DNA of 24,017 bases from a virus (taxonomy: Duplodnaviria > Caudoviricetes), in IMG/VR virus record IMGVR_UViG_3300039208_000042, positions 1 through 24,017 of that record, one strand, 5' to 3'. Below the pieces are notes generated by a model. The model searched no databases. It was not told the origin of the DNA and saw only the letters and a program-made list of their open reading frames with translations. Numbering within the stretch: the first letter of the stretch is position 1; every line of letters starts with the position of its first letter. Positions 1 to 8,720 of the stretch are shown here, piece after piece. Both the position numbers and the translations under genes were made by a program.

Positions 1-234
1 GCCCTTAACATGTTGATTCAGGGCGGAGCTGCCGACCAAACCATTAGAGCTATGGTGGAATGTTATAGGAAAAATATCCCTGTGCTGTTTACTGTACATG
101 ATGAGATAAATTGTTCCTTGACATCTGAGAAACAAGCTGCTACAATTAAAGATATAATGGAAAATAGCACAGAGTTAAATATTCCTAGCTTAGTTGAATG
201 TGGTAGCGGTAATTCTTGGGAAGAAGCGAAATGA
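1..234 (+). CDS. Phage DNA polymerase family A, C-terminal fragment (gene begins left of the window)
   Basis: Frame is open from base 1 and reads ALNMLIQGGAAD...FTVHDEI...ECGSGNSWEEAK, i.e. the PolA ALNxxIQGxAAD motif, motif C (VHDE) and a typical GxxWxEAK end. Confidence 0.93.
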   Translation, partial: ALNMLIQGGAADQTIRAMVECYRKNIPVLFTVHDEINCSLTSEKQAATIKDIMENSTELNIPSLVECGSGNSWEEAK

Positions 235-395
235 AGACCAAAACAGAATTAGAAATAGAAAAGTACGAGATAAGAATTAATATATTAAAGAAAACTATGG
301 AACTGGAAGATTTACAAAAAGAAATAACCAGGCTTAAATCTAAGATTAAATCAATAGATTTAGATATAAAACAAGCAAGCTCTGTGAGGATATAA
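231..395 (+). CDS. Small coiled-coil hypothetical protein (54 aa, not in the ORF track)
   Basis: ATG at 231 overlaps the polymerase TGA (ATGA). Reads MKTKTELEIEKYEIRINILKKTMELEDLQKEITRLKSKIKSIDLDIKQASSVRI*, and fills the gap up to the ATG at 398. Confidence 0.7.
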   Translation: MKTKTELEIEKYEIRINILKKTMELEDLQKEITRLKSKIKSIDLDIKQASSVRI

Positions 396-397
396 AC

Positions 398-679
398 ATG
401 CCGTATATTGCTATATGCTTACGTAAGCATATAGACGAACAATTGAATCTTAATAAATTAGTGGATTTTATATCCAAGAAAGATACCAGAGATGGGATTA
501 TGGAAGGAGAGCTTAATTATATTATATCTAGAATTGTTAAAGCCTATATTACCAGCTATCCCTGTTATTACCAATATAATTCTGCTATTGGTGCCTTAGA
601 GTGCGCTAAACAAGAAATATACCGAAGACATATAGCACCTTATGAAGAATTAAAAATTCATGAAAATGGGGACATATAA
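398..679 (+). CDS. Conserved phage hypothetical protein (DUF6899-like)
   Basis: MPYI...GELNYIISR...YNSAIGALECAKQEIYRRHIAPYEELKIHENGDI matches the pattern I recall for this small helical phage family. GAGGA RBS upstream. Confidence 0.7.
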   Translation: MPYIAICLRKHIDEQLNLNKLVDFISKKDTRDGIMEGELNYIISRIVKAYITSYPCYYQYNSAIGALECAKQEIYRRHIAPYEELKIHENGDI

Positions 680-1153
680 ATGGGACATATATATTTAGCA
701 AGTCCATATACTAATAATAATAGCCAATTACAACAAATGAATGAATACGCGGTGAATAAAGTATTTGGAGAATTAATTAAAATGGGCTATAAAAAAATAT
801 TTGCACCTATAGCACAGAGCGCAGCAGCAGTAAGAGCTTGCCCTGAATTAGACGGCAAATATGATTTCTGGGCGGAGACTGATGAATACTTTGTAGAAAC
901 AGCAGATGAAATGTTTATTGTTATGTTACCAAATTGGGAAAACTCTTATGGTGTTGCTAAAGAAGTTCAGCATTGTGAACAGTCGAAAATCCCAATTAGA
1001 TTTGTTCGAGTATCATTTTGGAATGAAGTTGAAGAGATAACTGATCCAATTAAATTTGTTAATGGTGAGTGGGATATTGTTGGCTATAATAAATTGGACG
1101 ATGCTGAATGTTTTCAGTTTAAAAGACTATTGGACGGGAGAAACAGTAAGTGA
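680..1153 (+). CDS. DUF1937 / nucleoside 2-deoxyribosyltransferase-like protein
   Basis: N-terminal IYLASPY, then IFAPI and LPNWENSYGVAKEV (W-x-x-S-x-G-x-x-x-E), characteristic of the NDT-like fold families. Confidence 0.75.
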   Translation: MGHIYLASPYTNNNSQLQQMNEYAVNKVFGELIKMGYKKIFAPIAQSAAAVRACPELDGKYDFWAETDEYFVETADEMFIVMLPNWENSYGVAKEVQHCEQSKIPIRFVRVSFWNEVEEITDPIKFVNGEWDIVGYNKLDDAECFQFKRLLDGRNSK

Positions 1154-1461
1154 TATTTACTAGAAAGTTAGACAAGAAATATATTGATCAGGATATGATC
1201 GGGGCACTAGTGGCTATCCAAGAAGTAATGAAATTAGGTGCCGATAAATATGGTTTAAATAGCTATAAAGATCCTGATAATCCAAGCATGCAGCATAAGG
1301 CCAATGGAGCTTCCATGTTTAGACATCTGTCACAGCATCAGGTAGATAGTAACGCTATTGATGAGGAATCAGATCAATTTCATATTGCTCATTTAGCATG
1401 TAGAGCACTCATGAAAATAGTTAGATTGAATAAAGGTATAGATATAAACGAGCATATATAG
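1150..1461 (+). CDS. dATP/dGTP diphosphohydrolase domain protein (DUF5664-like)
   Basis: EVMKLGADKYG...SMFRHL...DEESDQFHIAHLACRALM fits the GAxKYG / RH / D-x-ES-G-x-x-HLAHA pattern. GTG start overlaps the upstream TGA. Confidence 0.75.
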   Translation: MIFTRKLDKKYIDQDMIGALVAIQEVMKLGADKYGLNSYKDPDNPSMQHKANGASMFRHLSQHQVDSNAIDEESDQFHIAHLACRALMKIVRLNKGIDINEHI

Positions 1462-1470
1462 GAGAACTGT

Positions 1471-3378
1471 ATGTCTATTTTAAATAAGATTGGAAATTAT
1501 AATACGGCCGGAGCCGTAGAAGAAATTACTTTAGAGGAATACTTAAAGAGAGCTAAAGAGGACTCTAGTTTATATTTAACAGCTGCAGAGAGGATGCTTA
1601 GGGCGATTGGGGAGCCGGAAATAGTCGATACTTCTAAAGACAAGCATTTGTCTAGAGTATTCAGTAATAAATTAATTAAGAAGTATAAAGTGTTTGAAGA
1701 TTTCTATGGTATGGAAGATAGCATAGAACGCATAGTTTCTTTCTTCACGCATGCAGCACAAGGATTAGAAGAAAGTAAGCAGATTCTGTACTTATTGGGC
1801 CCTGTGGGCGGCGGCAAAAGTTCTTTGGCTGAAAAATTAAAAGAATTAATGTCTACTCAGCCAATCTTTGCTATTAAAGATTCTCCTATTTTTGAAAGCC
1901 CACTTGGTCTATTCTCTCCTAAAGACAGTAAGGCACTAGGGATTCCTGGCAGGTATTTAACGGCAAGGATATCACCATGGTTAACTAAGAGATTAGATGA
2001 GCTAGGGGGGGATTTAAGCAAACTTAAGGTAGTTAAAATTTATCCTAATCAGGCCAGACGAATAGCTATTGCAAAGACTGAGCCAGGTGACGACAATAAT
2101 CAGGATATTTCAACTCTGGTTGGTAAATTAAATATTAGAAAATTAGAGGAGTTTGATCCAAACGATCCAGATGCATACAGCTACTCTGGAGGTTTGTGTA
2201 GAGGAAATCGAGGTGCATTAGAGTTCGTTGAAATGTTTAAAGCACCAATAAAAATGCTACATCCTTTGTTGACTGCTACACAGGAAAAGAACTATAATGG
2301 TACGCAAGAGATAGGAAGTATTCCTTTTGATGGGTTAATTATTGCTCACTCTAATGAGTCAGAGTGGCAGACATTTAAGAATGATAAGAAAAATGAAGCA
2401 TTCATTGATAGGGTATTTATTGTTGATGTGCCATATTGCCTGCGTGCAAGTGAAGAAGAAAAAATTCTTAAGAAATTGATTAATAATAGTACGTTGGCAG
2501 ATGCTCCGGTAGCACCAGGAACGTTTAAGATGTTGGCTGAGTTTAATGTGATGACTCGGATTGAGAAGCCAGAAACAGCAAAGAGTAGTTTATTTACTAA
2601 GATGGAAGTATATGATGGGCGTGAGGTTAAATCAAAAGATTCTCATGCTAAGTCAATTATTGAATATAAGGACTTGATCGCTAAGCCGGAAGGCTTCTAT
2701 GGATTCTCTACTCGTCTTGCTTACAAGGTTTTAGCGAGTACATTTAATAGGGATATTGATGAGATAGCCGCTAATCCAATTCATTTAAAGTTATGCTTGC
2801 AGGACCAAATAGAAAAAGAAAGATATGGTCATGATAGGACAGTTTATTATTTAGCAATTTTAGATTTATTGCAAAATAAATATTTAGAGGAATTGGAGAA
2901 AGATATTCAGGAGAGCTATCTGGATTCTGCAAGTGAATATGGGCAGAATTTATTTGAGAGATATGCATTATATGCCGATCATTGGATACAAGATGAAGAT
3001 TTCAGAGATCCAGAAACTGGAGAGATGTATAATAGAGAGTCCCTGAATTCAGAGCTTGAGAAGATAGAGAAGCCAGCGGGCATAGCTAATCCTAAGGATT
3101 TCCGCAATGAAATAACACAGTTCTTCTTGAGATATAGTGCTAAGAATGGCGGGAAGAAACCTGCTTGGAATAGTTATAACCCCATCAAAGAAGTAATTGA
3201 AAAGAATATATTCTCTCACACTTCTGATTTATTGCCGATTATATCTTTTTCTGGCCATGCTAATAAAGATGATCAGAAGAAGCACGATCAGTTCGTGTCT
3301 AATATGAAGAAAAAGGGATATACAGGTAAGCAAATTAAGATTCTTGTTAACGTTCATGAGAAATTTAAGAAGCAATAA
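1471..3378 (+). CDS. yeaG: PrkA/YeaG family AAA+ ATPase (annotated as serine protein kinase)
   Basis: Walker A GPVGGGKS (1798-1821), KTEPGDDNNQDISTLVGK, YSYSGGLCRGNRGALEFVEMFKAPIKMLHPLLTATQE and AHSNESEW are YeaG/PrkA signature blocks. Full length (635 aa), AGGAG RBS. Confidence 0.96.
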   Translation: MSILNKIGNYNTAGAVEEITLEEYLKRAKEDSSLYLTAAERMLRAIGEPEIVDTSKDKHLSRVFSNKLIKKYKVFEDFYGMEDSIERIVSFFTHAAQGLEESKQILYLLGPVGGGKSSLAEKLKELMSTQPIFAIKDSPIFESPLGLFSPKDSKALGIPGRYLTARISPWLTKRLDELGGDLSKLKVVKIYPNQARRIAIAKTEPGDDNNQDISTLVGKLNIRKLEEFDPNDPDAYSYSGGLCRGNRGALEFVEMFKAPIKMLHPLLTATQEKNYNGTQEIGSIPFDGLIIAHSNESEWQTFKNDKKNEAFIDRVFIVDVPYCLRASEEEKILKKLINNSTLADAPVAPGTFKMLAEFNVMTRIEKPETAKSSLFTKMEVYDGREVKSKDSHAKSIIEYKDLIAKPEGFYGFSTRLAYKVLASTFNRDIDEIAANPIHLKLCLQDQIEKERYGHDRTVYYLAILDLLQNKYLEELEKDIQESYLDSASEYGQNLFERYALYADHWIQDEDFRDPETGEMYNRESLNSELEKIEKPAGIANPKDFRNEITQFFLRYSAKNGGKKPAWNSYNPIKEVIEKNIFSHTSDLLPIISFSGHANKDDQKKHDQFVSNMKKKGYTGKQIKILVNVHEKFKKQ

Positions 3379-3380
3379 TT

Positions 3381-4532
3381 ATGGCAAATATAATAGACAG
3401 AAGAGAAACCAATAGAAATAAGTCTTCTATTAATCGTGAGAAGTTTGTGTCTAAACACAAGAAAAGGTTTAGAAAATCTTTACATGATAAATTAAGAAAT
3501 AAATCTATTAAAGATATAGAGAAGGGAGAAGATCGTTCAATAGATGTAGAGGATATATCTGAACCTACATTTACTTATGACAGATCTACAGGAAAGCCTA
3601 CTCATATAGTTACTGAAAATAGTGAAGGAAAGAGACGTAAGGATATTGTGGTTCATGACAATTCAGGCTCCGGAGGAGGTGCTGGAAATGGAGAGTCTGA
3701 CGACGAAGAATTTAGCTTTGAGCTGACCAAGAAAGAATATGTAGATTTATTGTTTGATGAACTTGAATTGCCTAATTTTGTTAAGGAAGGTCTTGCTGTT
3801 GAGACTAATAAGAAACTAATGCGAGCAGGGTATTCAAAGGAAGGAATACCTGCGAGATTAGACTTGCTTAAAACAATGGAAGCAGCTTTGTCTAGAAGGA
3901 TTGCCAATAAAAATAACAAGAAAAAACCTAGATTTTTAGATGATGAAGATCTTAGATATAAGTTTTTTGATTTAAAAGAAAATAAGATTAAAAGGGCCAC
4001 CATGATTTGTGTTATGGATGTTTCAGGGTCTGTTACAGATGAAATAAAGCAAATGTCCCGGAAGTTTTTTATTTTACTATATTCATTCTTAAAAAAATCA
4101 TACGATGATGTCCAATTAAGATTTGTTATTCACCATTCAAAAGGAATGGAAGTAAATGAACAACAGTTTTTTGGTACTTCAGAGAGTGGCGGTACTGCTG
4201 TTTCGTCAGGACTTGAAGTTGTACAAAAAATTATAGATAAAGATATTGATTTAAACACGACAAATGTGTATGTGGCCCAAACATCTGATGGGGATAATTG
4301 GGGCGGTGATAACGAGAGGTGCTATAATATACTTAATAATTATATGTTGCCATGTGTTCAATATTATGCCTATGTAGAGTTGTTTCAAGGAAGAAGAGTA
4401 GCTGATTTACAGTTATATAGGATGTTTAAGGATTTAAACAAATCTCATGATAATTTAGGTATAGTCCGAACAGAAGTAGGTAATCCCTCTTTTATTATAG
4501 AAGCATTGTACAAACTATTTAAGAAGAAATAA
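3381..4532 (+). CDS. yeaH: YeaH/YhbH family (DUF444) vWA-domain protein
   Basis: IIDRR...NKSSINREKF N-terminus, Gly-rich linker, LLFDELELPN, FLDDEDLRY, MIDAS MDVSGS, ESGGTAVSS and SDGDNW. Directly downstream of yeaG. Confidence 0.93.
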   Translation: MANIIDRRETNRNKSSINREKFVSKHKKRFRKSLHDKLRNKSIKDIEKGEDRSIDVEDISEPTFTYDRSTGKPTHIVTENSEGKRRKDIVVHDNSGSGGGAGNGESDDEEFSFELTKKEYVDLLFDELELPNFVKEGLAVETNKKLMRAGYSKEGIPARLDLLKTMEAALSRRIANKNNKKKPRFLDDEDLRYKFFDLKENKIKRATMICVMDVSGSVTDEIKQMSRKFFILLYSFLKKSYDDVQLRFVIHHSKGMEVNEQQFFGTSESGGTAVSSGLEVVQKIIDKDIDLNTTNVYVAQTSDGDNWGGDNERCYNILNNYMLPCVQYYAYVELFQGRRVADLQLYRMFKDLNKSHDNLGIVRTEVGNPSFIIEALYKLFKKK

Positions 4533-4533
4533 C

Positions 4534-6945
4534 ATGAGTAAATTATTATTTGATAAGCATGAGTGGGATTTCGACACTATAAATAAGACGTGGGACGTAA
4601 TAGATAGTATTGGTCAGGAATATGGACTTGACTACTATCGTCCACAAATAGAAATTATATCTGCAGAGCAAATGCTAAGTGCTTATAGCTCAAATGGACT
4701 ACCTAATTTATATTCACATTGGTCATTTGGTAAAAGCTATTTACAGCATTTAGATTCGTACAAGACAGGTCGAAGTATGTTGGCGTATGAAATAGTTATT
4801 AATTCAGATCCGTGTATTGCTTACTTAATGGAAGACAACTGTGTTGATGGTGATACTGAGTACCTGTCTCCTACTGGATGGAAGAATATTAAGGATTATT
4901 CAGGGGAAGAAGTACTTGGATTTAATCCTGATGACACTGCAGAGTTTGTAAAGCCAAAGCGCTATATTATATCTAAAGTAAGTCATCCTATGATAAGTAT
5001 TTCAGGAAAAGGAACTGACCAGTTGGTCACGGAGAAGCATCGAGTTATATACAGAAAAAGAAATGGAGAGTTGGCAGAAGATCTAGCTAAGAATATATAT
5101 AATAAGCACAAGGGATTAAAGCAGGGGTGGGACGGCAAGATAATTACTGCAGTCAATTTAAAGAAATCTGACGGTATAGATCTTTCAGATGATCAAATAA
5201 GAGTGATGTGCGCAGTTCACGCCGATGGGTGTTTCTCATCTTCTGGAAATTATTGTAAATTTGAATTTAAAAAGAAGATAAAAGTGTATAGACTTATAGG
5301 GCTATTAAATAATGCTAAAATTAAATTTAATTTAAATATAAAGCCAAATGGTAACACACATATAAGTTTTAGTGCACCGATTAAAACAAAACATTTTACA
5401 GAATATTGGTACGGGTGTTCTTCTGGCCAATTAAAGATCATCGCAGATGAAGTATTTCATTGGGACGCAGATCTAAAGTTAAACAATCAATACTATTCTT
5501 CTGATATTGAAGATATTAATTTTGTACAGTATTCTTGTATTGCTAATGGTATATGTGCTACTTATAGTAAAGGTCCGACATGTTTTAGACTAACTAAGTC
5601 TAGCTGTATTGATAGAAGAATTGGAAGTGTGGATAAACGTGAGAATGATAAAGCTTATTGTTTTGAAATGCCTTCTACCATGTGGGTTGCTAGAAGAAAT
5701 GGAAAGGTATTTGTTACAGGGAACAGTATGACTATGCAGACTTTAGTTATGAGTCACGCTGTCTGTGGCCATGGAAGTTTCTTCAAAAATAATTATTTAT
5801 TTAAACAAAACACAGATGCTTCTTGGATACTGGATTATTTAGAGTTTGCAAAGAAATATATAGCTAAATGTGAAAGTTTATATGGAGAGAAAGAGGTTGA
5901 TATTATTTTAACTGCCGCGCATGCCCTGTCTAATTACGGAATAGATAGCTACAGCAAGAGCAGGCATACAAAGAAAGGCGCTGAGGAAAGAAAAAGAAGA
6001 GAATTAGAGGAATATAAACATAAAACATTTGATGAGGATTTGTATAAATTAGATTTACATAGAGAATGTGACAGCAATGTTTTAGGCTATGCAGACAATG
6101 TACATTCTGTAACTGGAAATTTATTAGAGCCTGAAGAAAATATACTGTATTACATTGAAAAAAGATCACCTGTTCTATCTACATGGCAACGAGAAATTGT
6201 AAGGATCGTAAGAAGAATCGCACAGTATTTTTATCCTCAGATGCAAACACAGGTCATGAATGAAGGATGGGCTTGTTTGTGGCACTATCATATTTTAAAA
6301 GAAATGTATGAGAGGGGGTATATAAATGAGGGCTCTTATTTAGAGTTCCTAGCTTCTCATACAAATGTAGTATATCAGCCCCCTATGGATTCTATGAACA
6401 TTAATCCGTACTATTTGGGATTTAACATGTTCATGGATATTAAGAGAATGTGCGAAAATCCAGATGAAGAAGATAAAAGACATCATCCAGATATTTGTAA
6501 TACTGACTGGATAGAGACTACTAAGTTTATCATGGAGAATTATCGGGACAGCAGTTTTATTAAGCAATATTTTTCCTTAAAGATGTTAAGAGAATTAAAA
6601 TTGTATTCTGCCAAAGAGCTAGAAGATAAAAGCAGCATAGACGACTTTGATTTTTTTATGATGCCACCGGGATTACGTGTATATGAGATACAGGATGTTC
6701 ACGACGATAAAGGATTTAATAACTTAAGAAATTCTCTTGCGGAACAATATAATTTATTGTTTAGAAGGCCTAAGATAGAGATTGTTAATGAAAATACTAT
6801 AGATCATGGACTTGGACTTAGGTACTATAAGTATAATGAAATGGATTTAAATGAAGACAGCTCAGACAGTGTGCTGAGTTATATAAAATTATTGTGGGGA
6901 AGAGAAGTAACATTGACTGATGATAGTAAAAGAGGAGAAGAGTAA
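4534..6945 (+). CDS. ycgB: SpoVR/YcgB family protein containing an intein (803-aa precursor, about 508 aa after splicing)
   Basis: QIEIISAEQM, HWSFGK, AYEIVINSDPCIAYLMEDN | SMTMQTLVMSHAVCGHGSFFKNNYLF, QYFYPQMQTQVMNEGWA and NPYYLGF are SpoVR blocks. Third gene of the usual yeaG-yeaH-ycgB triad. Confidence 0.95.
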   Translation: MSKLLFDKHEWDFDTINKTWDVIDSIGQEYGLDYYRPQIEIISAEQMLSAYSSNGLPNLYSHWSFGKSYLQHLDSYKTGRSMLAYEIVINSDPCIAYLMEDNCVDGDTEYLSPTGWKNIKDYSGEEVLGFNPDDTAEFVKPKRYIISKVSHPMISISGKGTDQLVTEKHRVIYRKRNGELAEDLAKNIYNKHKGLKQGWDGKIITAVNLKKSDGIDLSDDQIRVMCAVHADGCFSSSGNYCKFEFKKKIKVYRLIGLLNNAKIKFNLNIKPNGNTHISFSAPIKTKHFTEYWYGCSSGQLKIIADEVFHWDADLKLNNQYYSSDIEDINFVQYSCIANGICATYSKGPTCFRLTKSSCIDRRIGSVDKRENDKAYCFEMPSTMWVARRNGKVFVTGNSMTMQTLVMSHAVCGHGSFFKNNYLFKQNTDASWILDYLEFAKKYIAKCESLYGEKEVDIILTAAHALSNYGIDSYSKSRHTKKGAEERKRRELEEYKHKTFDEDLYKLDLHRECDSNVLGYADNVHSVTGNLLEPEENILYYIEKRSPVLSTWQREIVRIVRRIAQYFYPQMQTQVMNEGWACLWHYHILKEMYERGYINEGSYLEFLASHTNVVYQPPMDSMNINPYYLGFNMFMDIKRMCENPDEEDKRHHPDICNTDWIETTKFIMENYRDSSFIKQYFSLKMLRELKLYSAKELEDKSSIDDFDFFMMPPGLRVYEIQDVHDDKGFNNLRNSLAEQYNLLFRRPKIEIVNENTIDHGLGLRYYKYNEMDLNEDSSDSVLSYIKLLWGREVTLTDDSKRGEE
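4840..5724 (+). mobile_element. Intein (295 aa) with LAGLIDADG-type homing endonuclease region, in-frame in SpoVR
   Basis: Begins with Cys (CVDGDTEYLSPTGW, block A). Has block B TEKH and endonuclease-like motifs VMCAVHADG and EVFHWDAD. Ends YCFEMPSTMWVARRNGKVFVTGN followed by Ser+1. Removing it restores the contiguous SpoVR motif LMEDN-SMTMQTLVMSH. Confidence 0.93.
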
Positions 6946-7565
6946 TGGCGCTAGATAATGTAGAAGAAAAGAAAGATATAAAGAGAAGGGATTACAATGC
7001 TACAGTAGTCTCAGTAGACTTAAATGCTAAGTCTAAGAATAGTGATAAAAATGGCAATCACTGGGATGTAGTTAAATTAATTTATAGAACTACAGATGAT
7101 CAGTTGAAGGAAAAAGAAATTTCTCATGGATCATTAAATGGTGTTAATTGTAAAACTGCTCAAGGAAAGGCAGCAGCTAAGCGCCATAAGGACGTAGTAA
7201 CTAAATTAAAGTCCGGAGATGATATCACCGTAACATTAGACGTTAATAATTATGGTAGATTATTACAGACACAGAAAGGACATGTAGCTAAGTCTCCTAT
7301 ATCTGGAGGAGGAAATAAAGGAGGATCGTTTGATAGCATTGGAGCACAAGTGGGACAAGCATTAAATGCTGCCACGCTATTAGTGGCGAATAAGATTATT
7401 TCTCCGGGAAAAGGAGGAGATGTAGTTACTGTAATTAAAGAAACAGCTGCACGGATTTTACATGTCGGAGAAGAAATCAGGAAAGATTTTCAGAATGGTA
7501 AATCTGAAGCTAAGAATGTTCCTGAGCCAGATATCCAGACTACAGACGACAAGGAAGTATTTTAA
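6945..7565 (+). CDS. Probable single-stranded DNA-binding protein
   Basis: Beta-rich OB-like N-terminus (LKSGDDITVTL), Gly-rich linker, and an acidic tail ending in Phe (TTDDKEVF) as in phage SSBs. Lies just before the 5'-3' exonuclease. Function inferred. Confidence 0.55.
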   Translation: MALDNVEEKKDIKRRDYNATVVSVDLNAKSKNSDKNGNHWDVVKLIYRTTDDQLKEKEISHGSLNGVNCKTAQGKAAAKRHKDVVTKLKSGDDITVTLDVNNYGRLLQTQKGHVAKSPISGGGNKGGSFDSIGAQVGQALNAATLLVANKIISPGKGGDVVTVIKETAARILHVGEEIRKDFQNGKSEAKNVPEPDIQTTDDKEVF

Positions 7566-8462
7566 GTGGTAAATTATTTATTTATTGATGGAGATGCTAT
7601 TGCCTATATGGCAGGGTTCAGAAATGAGGAGCGTTGCTATGTGACTTATTATGAAGACGATCAACATTTCCATAATAAAGATTGGGGAAATATAACTCAG
7701 AGGGATGTTATAAGGGAACTGGAAGTTTTATTTGACAAGAAGATTGATAAAAATAAAATAGAGTTTAGTATGTATAAGAATGTAGGTCCTCTTAGTCATG
7801 CTCTACATTCTGCTAAGTTGATGCTAAACAGGGTTATTGAGAGGTGTTTGCCGGACGGAGGAGATTTTGAAATATATTTAACCTCCGCCGATAAGTCTAA
7901 CTTTAGGTTTGAGCTGGCTACGATAGAGCCATACAAAGGAAATAGAAAGGTTGAGAATAAACCTAAGCAATTGGAGGAAATAAGAGAGTATTTAGTTGAT
8001 AAATGGAATGCAAAGGTCATATCCGGCATGGAAGCCGACGACCAACTCACTATAGAGCACCATAAACATTGGAATGACTCAGTAGTTGCAACCCATGATA
8101 AGGACCTTAAGACATCTTGCCAGCGTATTTATGATTTAAGAAAGGATCGACACTTGTTATTGACCAAGGAAGATAACCTGCGTTATTTTTACGGACAAAT
8201 ACTGTCCGGAGACAGTGGAGATAATATACCAGGACTTAAAAGATGGATGAAACCCAGGTCTTGTGGACCTAAGAGAATAGAAAAATTATTAAGGGGATTA
8301 GGGGAAAACGAAAAGATCTACTATGAAAAGATTAGAGCATTTTATATAAAAAATGTTGGCAAGGAGGAAGACATTATTAAGCTAGAAGAGAGAGTACTAG
8401 AGATAGCTAATTTGCTTTATATGAGAAGAACAGAAAATGATAAATGGGAGATTCCTAAATGA
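7566..8462 (+). CDS. 5'-3' exonuclease (T7 gp6 / FEN-like)
   Basis: FIDGDAIAY, NFR...YKGNR, MEADD, DKDL and GDSGDNIPGL acidic motifs. Confidence 0.92.
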   Translation: MVNYLFIDGDAIAYMAGFRNEERCYVTYYEDDQHFHNKDWGNITQRDVIRELEVLFDKKIDKNKIEFSMYKNVGPLSHALHSAKLMLNRVIERCLPDGGDFEIYLTSADKSNFRFELATIEPYKGNRKVENKPKQLEEIREYLVDKWNAKVISGMEADDQLTIEHHKHWNDSVVATHDKDLKTSCQRIYDLRKDRHLLLTKEDNLRYFYGQILSGDSGDNIPGLKRWMKPRSCGPKRIEKLLRGLGENEKIYYEKIRAFYIKNVGKEEDIIKLEERVLEIANLLYMRRTENDKWEIPK

Positions 8463-8719
8463 GTTATGTTGTAGATAAAGTAATACCGAATAATTCTTTC
8501 GCTCAGCTAAAGAAAATCAGAATACAAGAAAATGTGGAGAGTCTATTAAATATAATTCTGGAATGCAGTGCAAATTATCAAGAAGACATGGAAACATATC
8601 TTTGTGTTGGTTTAACTATGAAAAATCATCAATCAGGAGAAATGAATTTTGATGATTGTGAAAAGGTAGGAGATTTATTAAATAGAATTGATAATAAATT
8701 TAGCAATTGGGAGAAATGA
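8459..8719 (+). CDS. Hypothetical protein
   Basis: ATGA overlap with the upstream stop; in-operon position; no recognisable motif. Confidence 0.6.
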   Translation: MSYVVDKVIPNNSFAQLKKIRIQENVESLLNIILECSANYQEDMETYLCVGLTMKNHQSGEMNFDDCEKVGDLLNRIDNKFSNWEK

Positions 8720-8720
8720 A

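Noticed and set aside
398-1461. Firm call of a 2-aminoadenine (Z) genome
   Set aside because: No PurZ or DatZ is visible in the window; the diphosphohydrolase-like gene alone is insufficient.
1471-6945. Reading the yeaG-yeaH-ycgB block as host chromosome beside a prophage boundary
   Set aside because: Phage replication genes flank it on both sides on the same strand with 0-9 nt gaps, and no integrase, att site or other housekeeping gene is present. Misassembly cannot be excluded without reads.
2771-8050. Minus-strand ORFs 2771-2968, 3653-4003, 5250-5441, 5930-6169, 6349-6567 and 7796-8050
   Set aside because: They are antisense shadows within well-supported + strand genes and have no motifs.
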